Shown here in pieces: positions 1 through 13,184 of a DNA stretch of 64,000 nucleotides. Location of the stretch: contig NC_134471.1 in the NCBI RefSeq assembly GCF_964194025.1, positions 19,654,001-19,718,000 on the forward strand, written 5' to 3'. The notes below the pieces were generated by a model, which had not been told where the DNA came from, did no database searches, and saw only the letters and a program-made list of their open reading frames with translations. Position 1 is the stretch's first letter. Every line of letters begins with the position of its first letter. Source of the DNA: Convolutriloba macropyga (Eukaryota). Both the position numbers and the translations under genes were made by a program.

Positions 1-125
1 AAAAATTGTTTGCGGGTGACAATTTTGCATATTGATCTAAATGTAACAAAATTAAGCGCAACGTAGGGAAAGTGACAAAGTCATCTGAGCATGTACTAAC
101 ACTTATACATGTCGCTGATCTTCAG

Positions 126-408
126 ACCTAATTCTGACAACCCATACATCCGGCTGTCCCAAGCAGAGGACGATTCCGACTACGAAGAGACAGCGATGCG
201 ACAGTTTGGCACAAATCGCAGTAACAACTCAAACTCGCCCGAACACGGGAGTGAAAACAACGAGAACACCTCGGAATTTGATCACGACAGTCCACGACGA
301 TCAGTGTCTCCAAGCAGTACCAATCCGAATTGGAGTGCAAATATCAGAAGGAAGCTGAATCCTTCATCATCGCCCACTCAAAGCAGCATGCAGAAGAGCA
401 TCGTTTGA
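126..408 (+). CDS. Probable terminal coding exon of a gene that starts upstream of the window (Ser/Asn/Pro-rich low-complexity C-terminus)
   Basis: Canonical branch point TACTAAC at 94-100 and acceptor ttcag at 121-125. The frame stays open to TGA at 408 and is more GC-rich than the flanks. No recognisable domain. Confidence 0.45.
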
Positions 409-1457
409 TTTTTGACGATTAATTGGGAATTCTGTATTTTGTATAATCGGCCTATTTGCTCTCCAAAACTTTGGTCATGAATTGAGGTTGCAGTCGCAAG
501 TGTAATTAAGCTCTTTTTGCATCCTTCAAATAACAGTAATGGTATCATTAACAGTCTTCCAAAATGAGATTGTATTATTAGTTAGCTTTTTATCGAGTGT
601 TCTGTTGCCAAGAATACTGTTTTTGGAAGCTGGCACTAAAGTATCAAAAATTGCATTTCATCTACAACTTTGCTAAGCGATTTAGGAGAATGATATTTCG
701 TCTTTGCTGGGTAAAATATTCTCTTTATTTGTTTGGTTGCTCTATTGGGTGTATCTAGAATATGTAAATAATACGACAGATTTCTCAATAACGGTCTGAA
801 ATTTAGTTTTATCAAGTTCTATTTTGATATTACTCAATACAATTGCCTGGCTTCAAAATTACTACTGTGTTCGTCATAACGCCAATTCAACATTTAATTC
901 AAGATTTTGTTTTTTATAATGATTGTAGAGTGTATTAGATGATGGCGATAATCCTAAATGTGTCAACAGCGCTCTGCTAATAGCGGCTTCCCATTTAAAA
1001 AGACACCTGAGTTTCACATTCATTTGCTCTCAAACAAAATTTGTAATAATGTTTTCAGGTATGTTTTTCTTTCAATTTTTTGACACATCGGTTTGACTGC
1101 TGATTGTATTTTCACTCTCAACTGTTGCTTAGTCTAAATTTCTGAAATTCATATTTCTGAGCAATTTGCGGCAGTTCACCACAATGAGGCCAATTAAAAA
1201 TGTACCGAAATTAGTTTCACGCCTCAATATGTAATAAATTTTTTATCCCGTTATCTGAAGCCCGACAGTGAAGCAACTCAGAAGCAACTCCCCGAGTTAC
1301 ACGGGCTTTACGAAAACTACCTCTCTATGAGGAGCGTGTTCCTTGACAGTTTAATCGCTTGTTGTGTTCGCTTCGGCTATCCAACAGGCTACGATTGAGC
1401 TGCAACTGTTTTTACGACTAGAAGGGGAGTATTGAGGGCACGTTAGGGTAGCTCTTC

Positions 1458-1810
1458 AATTGCTCTCAAACGAGTGAGCTCTAAAATTGGAAAAAATATA
1501 TTAGTCCTGCTGGTATTTTAATTCCAATTTTTCATATTGCCAATTTTTTGGCCAACTAACGACTTTGGGGGTGAGTTTTTGGCTTAGTCTTTGAGGTTTA
1601 GAGCATCAAACCGAACCCTACTGTGTAGGCTAATTTCATGGTGTAAATGTCAATTTCTTTTAGGTTAGATAACTGCCTCCTTTTATGCCACCGCCCTCGT
1701 TTTGTCTCCTCGCGTGAAGACAAGCTTCCTTGTCTTACGCTAGTTACTACCAAAGCCAGCCGCTCGTCAGTCGTTAGAGAGAAGTTCGTCTGAGATTAAT
1801 TAGTTATGTA
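1458..1810 (+). mobile_element. Degenerate Helentron/DINE-1-like non-autonomous element (HINE family A)
   Basis: Starts AATTGCTCTCAAACG (family 5' subTIR). Ends in a degenerate 3' subTIR cgttagagagaagtt followed by ...gttatgt. Confidence 0.4.
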
Positions 1811-1924
1811 GCCTCCGTCATCTTCTCAGCAGAATAATATTAACGGTCATATTTTTTCTTTTACTTCGTCCAACAAAATTTTTCACTTTACTCATTTTTC
1901 CCGCTTTTTTAACACTTTATAAAT

Positions 1925-2175
1925 CATTTTCTCTGGGCTGGTTTTATTCTACTCAACGTGCTTTCAAACGGCAGCAGCTCAGCAAAGAAATCAAAAATTG
2001 CCAGAGTCAATATCGAAAAACTAAATCAACAATAGAACCGATAAACAGAGCTCATTTTTAGATGCCCGGTACTTGACTTTTGTTCTAATTAGTCTTAGTT
2101 ATCAAATCTTGTGCTTATTGTTACTGATATTAATCCCTGTATCAGCTCATCAAGAAACAGCAGTGTGTCTGAATA
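1925..2175 (+). repeat. Dispersed repeat homologous to 18905-19180
   Basis: Shared blocks ctctgggct.gttttattct, gctcagcaaag, catttttagatgcccg.tacttga, tcttagtta and gtgcttattg. Confidence 0.65.
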
Positions 2176-2209
2176 CGAACTTCAAGCGAAAGAACGTTCC
2201 AATTTTTGT

Positions 2210-2602
2210 TTAATCGCTCTCGAACGAATTATTGTAAACGTGTCGGGCTTTCTTAAATGCAAATTTTTCGCCTGACCTTTTTTGCGCTTTTCTACTAGGA
2301 CATTTTTTTGACTTCTCAAATAACTGTTTCACTCTTTCGTTCTTCATTTTGGAGTGATCTCTTTTGCTCTCACTCCAAAGCGAAGCTTGTTGGTAAAATA
2401 AAACAGATGTGCAACAAGTAGGGCCTGATAGCCAATTGGGCACGGCTTCTGGTAAGGTATCGGGAGTTCCATGGTGCGAATCACGTGGTGGTTAACGATT
2501 TTGTGCACCCATAAAGAAAAGTTTATCTAGGCTACAGCACCTGAATTAAATTGCCTCGCCTATCGTTCGGGATCAATATTTCTGACATTAGTCGGTTTAT
2601 TT
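2210..2602 (+). mobile_element. HINE family A copy
   Basis: 5' TTAATCGCTCTCGAACGAATTATTG. 3' inverted subTIR cgttcgggatcaat (2564-2577), then hairpin ctgac-atta-gtcgg and a T-rich end. Same architecture as 52376-52794. Confidence 0.65.
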
Positions 2603-3440
2603 ACATTTTGTTCGGCTCTTGTTTCAATCGCAATTGGTATCATGGATCAATTACGGTTTTTGCAGGCAATGCTCGGTTTATGTTTTTTAATGAAATAAAT
2701 GTTACAAACTAAAACCAATTGATCAAAAAATATTTGAGCTATTTTTCCTCAGAAACTTGATTTTTGATCATTTTCGGGTCTCAGGTCCCAATACCAAGTT
2801 ACGTACAGACAAACAAGGACAATTGTTGACAGAATTTTGTCACAATCAATACTTTTTGGGTTGGGTATTCTTTGATAAGAATCTGTCACAAATATCATCT
2901 GTCTAATTAAATACGTTTGGAAAAATTTCAACATATTCTAAATGAGAAAAATTGATTGTCATCAAATTAAGAGAAAGAAACATTAAAAACTGATGCAAAC
3001 AATTATAATTAGACAGTTGTGTTAGTCTTCCAAAATGATAACAGCGTTGACCAACAGAAGCAAATGTTTCAAAGTTAGTCAGATCTGAGAACAAAATGAA
3101 GCTCGAAGTTTGTGTCTAAGGGTGAAATCAGACGCGCAGCATAAAGTATAAGCAATTCAAATAAACAGGAAATGCGAAAAAGGATATGGATAACGCCTTC
3201 GAAAAACTAACGTAGAGCAACTCTGATACCAATTGTGCTATCCTTTTCCTACCAGAAAATATTAACGTCATCAAAATATTAACTTTTTGAGAAAATTCAG
3301 AAAAGGTTTTAAGCAAACATTTCAGTCATTGAAATCTAATCGGAGTGTTGTACTCTCAGTCTTATTAATAGTGATGCGATTTTATTCAAAATCAGTAGTG
3401 CCCTTGTTTATATTCTTAAATTTTTTAAGATTTTGCATTA

Positions 3441-3764
3441 TGTAAACGGTCCGTAACCGTTTAGCCCCCCAATCCTTCCCCTTATTTAGTTCAAATTTAT
3501 TGAATTCATATTCATAATCGCTGTAAAAGTCATATCTCTAACTTTGATTTTTCATGACTTTCAATGCCAAAACTTTTCATTCATTATCATACATGAGTTT
3601 CATCGTGCCACACTTAACTTTGATCGTAAATGCGGGTTTAAACCACACCTTTGTAAGCTATTATTTAACAAGCATACAAGCTTATAGAAAGACACACAGC
3701 AAAATATACTCTTGAAAATCAGTCGTTGTCTCTGAAAGCGGATCAGACTAAAGAAAAGATAAAA
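3441..3764 (+). repeat. 5' LTR of BEL/Pao element
   Basis: Starts TGTAAACG. Differs from 10852-11176 by about 9 substitutions and 2 small indels. Terminal CA is mutated to AA. Confidence 0.93.
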
Positions 3765-4837
3765 AAATTTTGGCGCATCCTAGGTTTTAAAACCGAACCA
3801 TCGACTCACAATACAGAGACAACTTAAAATTTCTGACCTGTAGTTTTTCACTAAAACTTTAAAAAATCCCACCACCTAGCTGAATTAAACGTGCTATAGA
3901 TTTTTCCATCTGATATTTTTAGCACTTCAATTTTATAGGCTGTCAGGCTTTCTAAGTAAGTTACAGTTCGATTACCTTCCCCCTGCATCGTTCATTGCAC
4001 TCCGAACATTATGATGCAATCCGCTCAATGCAGTTCTCTATTCCATGCGGCTAGAGGTCTCACATTTGCTCATAAGATTGACTGGGGCCTGAGCGGGTGA
4101 GGCTGCGGGTTCTCTTTTGAACCAACGCATAGGCTTACGACGGGGATAGTCGAACATATACATCGGTAGCAAAGCCCGATCTTTCTTAGATTATAGCACG
4201 TTCTAGTTCAGCTAAAACTCTCTGACCCTAAGTCTAGCGAAAAAGCATTAAAAAATTCAGGGTTTGATTCAGCCCTTCTTACATTCAAACAGATAATCTA
4301 GCTGTTTCTGATTACAGTTTTGCACCTGCTGACACGCAAGTGCAAACGTTTTTGTTTCTAGGCACAAAATTTTCTAAAAGGTAAAGCAGTATCCTCCCCA
4401 GGTTAGGGTGTTTCTCTGCGACCGTGATCAGACAAAACCCTCCCCACAACGCAAAGCGTACATAAAATACTATAAAAAACAGCATTCAAGCAAGATTTGG
4501 TAAAACATAAGACAACCAAACCATTGTTAGCTGTCCACAAAAGCAACATAATTAACATTCAAGTTGTTTTAGATACAAAAAAAAATGATTACTAAGCGTT
4601 CTAACAACATTTTAAGTGCTAACTGTAAGTGCAGTGACTCATAACACTCATAGTGCAATAATTTTTTTGTGAATGGCATCGTGCAACCATAAACTAAGTA
4701 ACCATTAACCAATGAGACAAACCAAAGCCATCTCAAGCAAAACCAAAACAAAGTCAACCTCCAAGGCTCAACTCTTGCAACTATTGAAGTTCAAAGTCAT
4801 TTAGTGGGAAGCAGCACAAGACCTACTCGACGAACAA

Positions 4838-7800
4838 ATGCAACAAACAGAAGCAGCAGCAGACCTCCAAGAGCTCGTTGACAAACTTCGACTGCAAAAA
4901 GCGGAGCTTGATCGCATGTGTAATGAACTCATAGAACAACAGTTGACACAAGATGGTTTCGACACTGTTGCTGCAGTCTGCACGGAGAAATTGCAAATGG
5001 CTGAGAATCAAACAAAAAATCAGATTGCTTCATGGGTCAAACCATCAAAAGTTCATCTCCCAGACGTTAACAACCAAGCGGAATGAGACGTAAAACGCCA
5101 ATGCAAAATGCAGGTGAAAACGATGAGAGCTAGGATGAGGTGTTCAGTTCTGATGACCATGATGGTGTACCGTCCAAAAACAGTCATTGTGATCTTCAAA
5201 AAGAGAGAGCAAGTGTAGCAAAATACAACACTCAGCAACAGAAACAAAAAGAAAACAGTGAGATACAGGAGCATCGCAGCCTCAGTGAAGATGCGAAACA
5301 GGTTCAGAGTTGCCCAATTTTTGATGTGAATGTCCCAAATCAAGCTTTTGCTACCCTCAATATTTCAAGCGATCAACCATCAGACACTTTATACTGGAAT
5401 TCCGGTACAACACCTGGATTTCAACCTCGAGCAATGCCTGACAATTTCCCTCAACCGTTTGCAAACAATAACTATCCACGTGATCAGCAACAGGTACGTC
5501 CTTTGTTCGCTAGTCAACTGAATCACTCATTCCCAGAGACAAACAAAATGATGAACGCTCCCAACGCAGAGATTAATCGCCACTTAAATTTCATGCCACA
5601 GCAGTTTTCTGAGCAACAGTTCCCACAAGGACCCCACAATTTTGAGTGGACCAATCATCAAGTGATGATGAATGCTTTCAGTCTACCAACGATTAGTTTT
5701 GACCATTTCTCAGGCGATCCTTTGATGTGGCATCAATGGTACAGCTTTTTCAAGTCAACCATTCACGACAATCCAGCTCTTTCAACTGTTCAGAAAATGA
5801 CATACTTGCAAAACTCGGTAACTCACAAAGCAAGACTTCATCTGTGGTTACTCTTACAACGAAGACTTCTATGAGGAGGCACTTCAGGAACTTATCAGAA
5901 AGTTTGGAAAGCCGCAGCATGTTGTGAGTGCGTACCTCACACAACTTGAACAATGGCCTCAGACCAGAATGGATGATCCCAGCAGCTTTGTAAGTTTCGC
6001 ATCCTTCCTCAGACGTTTGGTACAGTTCTTTCGACTCCACCATTTTGAATCGGACCTAAAGGCGTCTGCGGTAGTTAAAGTTGCCAAGGAAAAGTTGACA
6101 ACACCAATGACGATTCTCTGGAATCAACATGTACGGAGCATGAGAATAGAGCAACCCAATTTGGCTGATTTTGCAGATTGGATAAGCACATATGCAGAGG
6201 CTTGCGAGGATGTTTCTCCACAAAGACCACAAAGAACAGGCCGGGTTGAACGGTTTTCCCAAGGCCATAAACACTCCAACATAATTCTTCAAGCCAGCTC
6301 AAATTGTCAACTATGCTCTGGAGATCACAACCTTGGTCGTTGCAAAGAATACCTGAGCAAGTCTGTAGCTGACCGTCAGCAATTGGTGAGGCATCACAAC
6401 TTGTGTGTCAATTGCTTGAAGAGACATGAGAGTGGATTCTGTAAGTCAAAAATTCGATGTCCTGTAGACAGATGCAATGGGTTTCATCATTCAACTCTCC
6501 ATCGAGACGACTTCAGGACTTTGCAGAGAACTGATTTCCAAGCAACGAGTAAAGGGGGATTTCAATCCAGGAACAACCCGGTGCATTCAAACTACGGTAG
6601 AAACTGCAGCCATACAACGTCTCAGCTTTCGTCAACAATCAGTAACACGCCAAATACCAACGACAGAAGGGGATACAAAACAATTTCAACCCTCGTAATC
6701 CAAACTATGGAAACAACAGCTCGCATCAAACTGCCAATCAGCAGCACAGCAATCCTCAGCAATCTAATGACAGAAGTAACACTCACTTTCGATCAGTGAC
6801 CAGCAACAAACTGATTGATGATTCATCAAAACTTCCACGCGTGCAAAACCACACATGCAGTAGAAATGGGGAACCCACATGGATCAGAGCTTTTATTCAA
6901 CTACAGGCAATACCAGTCACGCTCTTCTACAAAGACTGCAACATAGAGACTTATGCACTTTTGGACAGTGGAAGTGATAATACACAGATCACACAAAACA
7001 TTGCTGATGCTCTTCGAATTCGAGTCCCCAAAGATATAGAACTACCTCTAGCTTCGCTACATGGGGAGCACACGGTGACAACAGCTGATGTCATGATCGG
7101 AATTGGTTCACTTCGCAGCTCAAAACCGGTGACAAGTCTTCCTGTGTACGCAACCTCCATCGAGCAGTTCCAGATGCCAACTGTTCCCGCAAAAATGTTG
7201 AATAGACTTTGTAGAGACCATGATCATCTGGCAGAAGTCAATTTCCCTCAAATTCGTGACAACAAATTTGGAATACTCATAGGAGCTGATGCTTTTCTGG
7301 CTACTGTTCCAAGGCACTTCACTACCGGCAAACCAGGAACACCCTACGGAGTCAACACAATGTTAGGATGGACTTTGACAGGCCCTGTGCGACGAGAGTA
7401 CTTTCAACCAAACAATAAAGGAAGCAGCAACCTTCTACATCTGTTTTGGACCTTTGAAGGTGTCAACTTTAGTCAGGGTTCTAAAAAGGGACACAATGAA
7501 GAGGATCAAACGGCACTAAAGACTTTGGCAGAGACCACACTTCACAACGGGGAAAGATACGAGATTGGACTCCCTTGGCGAGAAAACGTCACACTGCCAA
7601 ACAACTACTTCATGGCAAGGGTTCAGTGGCACGGCCTGCAAAAGCGATTAGAAAGAGACAACCAACTGAAACAAAGGTATATGACCACTACCTTTGATGA
7701 TATGGATAAGGGATCCATGACAGCTGTTACGAACCAGGATGCAAAGAACACTTGGTATCTACCGCATCATCCCTTCATCAACAAGCAAAAACCAGACAAG

Positions 7801-10646
7801 ATAAGACGAGTGACAAATGCAGCCTCAAAATACAAAGGGGTTTCTTTGAACGATGCACTGCTAACGGGACCTGACCTTTTGTGCAATCTACATGGACTTC
7901 TTCTACGGTTGCGTCAGTACGAGTTTGCAGTTACAGCAGACATAGAGGCTATGTTCATGCAAGTTGGAATCAGAGAAGAAGACCAAGATGCTCTCCGTTT
8001 TTTGTGGAGCAACAATGATGAGGAGAGGACATCCAAATACCAACGACTCATTTTTGGAGCAACTTGTGCTCCCGCCTGCGCAATTTTTGTTCTGCAAAAG
8101 TGCGCCAACGATAACAGACAAGAACATCCAAAAATATTTGACTCAATCACAAAACAGTTCTACATGGATGACTTCATTCAAACATTTTCAACAGAGGAAG
8201 AGGCAGCAAATACAGCGACTGAGCTGAAACCTGTTCTCAAAACAGGGGGATTCAACCTCACCAAATTTCTCACCAATAACCCTGCTGTGCTGGAAAAGAT
8301 TCCTGAGGAAGACAGAATTGGAGTTCTAAAGTTGCTAAGGATTCTTGGCCAAAGATGGAACCCTGAATCCGATCAACTTCCTTTTGCGAAACCCAAACTG
8401 AGCTATGAAAAAGAGAATATCACACAGAAAGCTTCTCTCAATGGCTGCTTCTTTGTTTGATCCCATTGGGATAATCTCGCCTTTTGCAATTCGACTGAGA
8501 TGCAGCTTGCAAAAAGTCATCAAACAAGGACACAATTGGGACCAGCTGCTATCAAAGGAACGTTATAACGAAATTCAGCAATGGATGGAAGACTTCTAGA
8601 ATATGCCTCCAATTCAAATCCCCCGATGTCTAGTTCCCAACGTCGATGGAACGAGTTGCACACCTTCACAGATGCTTCACTTTCAGCAGTATCAGCAGTG
8701 GTGTACCTGATGGCAATCTCCGCTGACGGCTCAATAGCTACGCGCTACGTCATCAGCAAATCCAAGGTGGCACCAATCAAACAGTTGAGCATTCCCAAGT
8801 TGGAGCTCGAAGCAGCTACATTGGGAGCAGAACTGGCAGGCTTCTGTGAGACCGAGAAACAATAGATGTGAAGAGCAAAAAATTTTTGGACCGACTGCAC
8901 AGCAGTACTCAGCTGGATCAAATCAAAGAATCGACAGAAGATGTACATCGCAAATAGGCTCTACAAAATTGCTGAGAACTCAAACAAAGACGATTGGCGA
9001 CACGCACCAGGAAAAATGAACCCAGCTGATCATGGCACCAGAGGTCTAGCTCCATGCGATCTTCAAAAATTGTGGATAGTGGCACCTTCTTTCTTGATCA
9101 AACCTGAGAGCGAGTGGACATTCTCCGGTGACAAACCAGCTCAAACATACGCCACTCAAGTTGATGACAAGACCAGTGAAAAAACCGTTGGTAGATCCAA
9201 ACAGATTTTCAAACTGGCCTAGACTCTTTGGCACAATTAGGACAGTGTTTGGAGCAGTACGCGTACTGAAGAGGTTGATCAAACGTGACGTACCTTGCGA
9301 CTTGGACGACTTCGAGGCTGACGAAAACAAGGCTCGAACCTTTCTGTTGAGGATATCTCAGTCCACACACTTCAAGGACACAGTTTCTCGACTTCAAAGT
9401 CAACTACCCCTAGACAAGAAGGACAAACTTTTACAATATACACCCTTTCTGGATAGTGACGGACTCCTTAGGGTTGAGGGACGAATTCAGAAATCTGGAT
9501 TGCCGTTTCAGAGCAAACATCCGGTGATACTCCACAGCAAGTGCAGAGTTGCCAAACTGCTTATCTAGAAAGCACATCACGACTGCGGGCATCATGGAAT
9601 TGAACATGTTCGTGCACATATCCAAGCAACGTTCATGATAGTTGGAATCCGCAGAGCTCTAAGAACTTTAGGGAAGTACTGCTTCATCTGCAGACGCTGG
9701 CGAGCAGACAATGTCAGACCCAAGGTGGCTCCTCTACCAAATTTTTGCTTTCCGGAGCACTCCAAACTCTACCCTTTTGTGAATACTGGAATGGACATGT
9801 TCGGTCCTTTTCACATTGAAAAATCCAGAACCCAGACAGAACTCAGTTATGTCTGCATGTTGACATGCTTGGTCACACGAGCAGTACACTTAGAAGTTTG
9901 TGAGGACCTCTCCACTGACTGTCTACTAATGGCTATTCGACGTTTTGTATCCAGACGAGGATACCCTGATGTCATTGTTTCGGACAACGGAAAAAACTTT
10001 GTTGGAGCTAACCAGGCAATGAAACTCAATTTTCAGGAAAACTACAATCCAGACAACAACTACATGTGTCTCCAGCTGGCGCAACAGAACATCCAGTGGA
10101 CGTTCAACCCACCTCTGGCACCGCACTTCGGAGGGGTTTGGGAACGACTTATCCAGTCGGCTAAACGAAGCCTACTTGTTGTCCTCGGAAGCCGCCGACT
10201 AAACTTTTCAGTCTTCCATACAGTCGTAGCTGAGGCAGAAGGAATTCTTAATTCACGCCCACTGACGCATGTTGGGAGCACTTTGATCGACGAGGAACCA
10301 TTAACACCGAATCATTTCCTGATGAGAAGACGCCACTTCTGCCTAAAACCTCTGGCAAACAACAGAACCAGGTTCTCAATTAAAGACTTCAAGGAGTCAG
10401 ACCCTGTTGGACCACTATTGGTCTCGTCTTCTCAAAGAGTTTGTACCGGAACTTAGCAGACGGACAAAATGGCAGCAAGCCAACGCTGAGCTCAAGGAAG
10501 ACGATGTTGTTTGGTTCCACAAAGATTTCACACCTCGAGGAATTTGGCCCATTGGTCGGATCGTCAAAGCACATATGAGTGGCAAGAAGCTTCGACATCA
10601 AGACCAGTACTGGCATAGTGCAATGTCCCGCAGTGAGATTGGGTAA
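4838..10646 (+). pseudogene. Disrupted gag-pol polyprotein of the BEL/Pao element
   Basis: Gag region FSGDPLMWHQWYSFF; zinc knuckles CQLCSGDHNLGRC, CVNCLKRHESGFC and CPVDRCNGFHHSTLH; protease ALLDSGS; RT QFYMDDFI; RNase H LHTFTDAS...IPKLELEAA; integrase MDMFGPF/SDNGKNF/WERLIQSAK. Broken by about 10 frameshifts or stops (e.g. stops at 5086, 8599, 9568). Confidence 0.92.
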
Positions 10647-10851
10647 AGTGTTTGAAACTGACCATGATGCTTCTTCTTCGTTGGCTGCGGAGGGTGAATG
10701 AATACTCCTTCAATCATGTCAACCTTCAATCATGACGCATAAAACTCACTCAAGCGGAATCTTGTGAAGCAGTAAATTTGAATTTCTGATGTCAATAATT
10801 TGTTCTTTTCCGATAAATTTATTTGCTAAGTTTTGTTGTTGCTTGCCGGAG

Positions 10852-11176
10852 TGTAAACGATCCGTAACCGTTTAGCCCCCCAATCCTTCCCCTTGTTATT
10901 TAGTTCAAATTTATTGTGTTCATATTCATAATCGCTGTAAAAGTCATATCTCTGACTTTGATTTTTCATGACTTTCAATGCCAAACCTTTTCATTCATTA
11001 TCATACATGAGTTTCATCGTGCCACACTTAACTTTGATCGTAAATGCGGGTATAGACCACACCTTTGTAAGCTATTATTTAACAAGCATACAAGCTTATA
11101 GAAAGACACACAGCAAAATAAACTCTTGAAAATCAGTCGTTGTCTCTGAAAGCGGATCAGATAAGAAAAGATAACA
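10852..11176 (+). repeat. 3' LTR of BEL/Pao element
   Basis: TG...CA termini; AATAAA at 11117-11122; near-identical to 3441-3764. Confidence 0.93.
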
Positions 11177-11453
11177 CAGTAAAAACTCCTTCCTCCCGAA
11201 GAGCGCGAGGGATTCATTTGAAAGTTTTTGCAAATGTAATATTTTCAAATAAAATTTTTTTCTGGAAAAGTAATGCAAGAACTCCACTGAGGGTCGATTC
11301 TCGCTCGAATCGCTGGAACTAATACATCGTTTTTTCTCCTAATTTTGCATAGACTTATTTGTTGTGTTCGGTTGGTTTTACAATGTTTTGGTGTGGTTTT
11401 TTGGGCATTTTCCAATTGTGTGAGCAATGGCCTAATTAGCTTACAGAGAAATC

Positions 11454-12038
11454 ATGTTTTCTGAAGTTGAAATCAACATTATTCTGGCCGATTTTATGAT
11501 TCACAATCTCAGCTCAGCTGATGAAGAGTCGCAAATTTTAAAACCTTACCGTATAGTAGACGAAAAAGCTCAATTTTCATACGTGGGCAGTATTACATTC
11601 TGTCCGAAACAATCGAAAACTAGTCGCGGGATTCTAAAGAGCCCTCCGAAGAGACAATTGAGCGGCTTAAGTCCAGTCAAAAAGACAAATAACGCTACGA
11701 AGCAGAATAAATTTGCATCACCGCCTACCAAACAAGTTGAAAGCCCAATGCCAAGTTCTGTTGCACCGAAAATTGACGTGAGATCTATGATGTCAGTAAC
11801 TCTAAATATGAGTAATAACGAGAAAAGTTATAAGTGTTCATTTTGTAGTCAGGAAACAGCTTTGTTGACTTCAATGAAGCGCCATATTGAGACGAAACAC
11901 TTGCCTAGTACAGCTTCGTTTGAGTGTCGAAACTGTGAGTACAAAACAAAGCTCAAGTTTATGCTGAAGAAACATTACATGAATAAACATGCAATGCCAG
12001 AACCAGCAGCGCAAGGAATGATGACTTGCTATAACTGA
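11454..12038 (+). CDS. Two-finger C2H2 zinc-finger protein, paralog 1 (194 aa)
   Basis: Intact ORF. Fingers CSFC-x12-HIETKH and CRNC-x12-HYMNKH. Acceptor ttacag at 11441-11446; AATAAA at 12237. Confidence 0.85.
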   Translation: MFSEVEINIILADFMIHNLSSADEESQILKPYRIVDEKAQFSYVGSITFCPKQSKTSRGILKSPPKRQLSGLSPVKKTNNATKQNKFASPPTKQVESPMPSSVAPKIDVRSMMSVTLNMSNNEKSYKCSFCSQETALLTSMKRHIETKHLPSTASFECRNCEYKTKLKFMLKKHYMNKHAMPEPAAQGMMTCYN

Positions 12039-12599
12039 GTTGGGAAAAAATGGAAGTTGGCTGAACGACTGTTACTAACATAGTAGAAAAGTTAAGGCTG
12101 ATAATTCGGTGAAGTAAATTGGTGACGTTAACTGTTTCAGTTAGATTTAATCAGAAAGATTTAATCACCTCTTTTTTCTTGCCAAACCATGCGGTTTACT
12201 TTATCATCTGTGACGTGAATCAATTAAAATGTTTGCAATAAATGTTGGAACTTTTTAAAACGAGGAAGAATTTAGTTTTGTTGATTCAGATGTTGACTCT
12301 TACGAGGATGGCCCTGATGCAGGGATATTTGACGGTCTTTTTTTCTGGCATTTTTTCAATAGAGAAATGTCTGGGGAAACGGTAATAATTAGTCGGAAAA
12401 ACTAGAACATTTTTAAAACATTCAAGTTTTATTTTCTGTTTGAGATTGGGTTTTGAAATTGCAAGTGGTGGGCTGTTGCTTAAATTTAACATTTAACTGG
12501 AGTTTATCTTAACAATATACTAAAATGTAGTGGTTCTTTGGTCTGCGGAATTGGCTCATACTTTTCAAAACATTGAAATATTTTTAATTTTGTTTATAT

Positions 12600-13184
12600 A
12601 GTGAGCTTTTTAAGTTTGTAGCAATTATATTATATAAAATATAAATATCCGGTCTGTCTTGTTTTATGCAATTTTTTGCTTGACCGATTCGTCTGACCCA
12701 CTTGACTTTTCGTCCTCAAAAACTGGATAAACAGGTAGCGTCCAGCGGGCGTTAAGTTCTCTTAGAGCCATTCAGCTCACTAGTCTCCAAGTATGCGATT
12801 CACAGAAACTGCTTTGGAGACTTATACTCATGGTGTGAAGGGCGGTTCTTTGAAGTTTACCCCCCACCCCCCCCCCCAGAACAACCCCCCCCCCACACAC
12901 ACACACAGCAGGCCCCCCCCCCCCCCCGCAATCCTGACCCGTACACATCGTTCAGGTCGTAAGGGCCCCCATGCAGCCAAAGTCCCACAGCCCCCCCCCC
13001 ACACACACACACACTGTTGACCACAGCCCCCCCCCCACACACACACACACTGTTGACCACAGCCCCCCCCCGGTGCACCCCAGAGCAGCGCTCACCTCAC
13101 ACCCTTTCAATTAAGCTAAAGCTGGCCTCACTAAAACTGGCTAGCTACTGTCAAAGCCAACCGCTCGCCTGTCGGTTATGTTTT
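12600..13184 (+). mobile_element. HINE family A copy with central C/CA-rich tandem repeats
   Basis: Remnant aagttt..agcaatta 5' inverted repeat. Core aacaggta...aagttctcttagagcc...actagtctc.aagtatgcgattc is shared with 15910, 31540 and 35808. Ends gtcggttatgtttt like 52781. Tandem cacagcccc..cacacacactgttgac at about 12986-13070. Confidence 0.65.

Larger units (their letters stand above)
3441..11176 (+). mobile_element. Full-length, decayed BEL/Pao LTR retrotransposon (7.7 kb)
   Basis: Paired ~325-bp LTRs, 5-bp TSD catta/cagta (1 mismatch), candidate PBS tggcgcatcctagg at 3771, purine-rich gccggag before the 3' LTR. Domain order gag-PR-RT-RNaseH-IN with BEL-type triple zinc knuckle. Confidence 0.95.
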
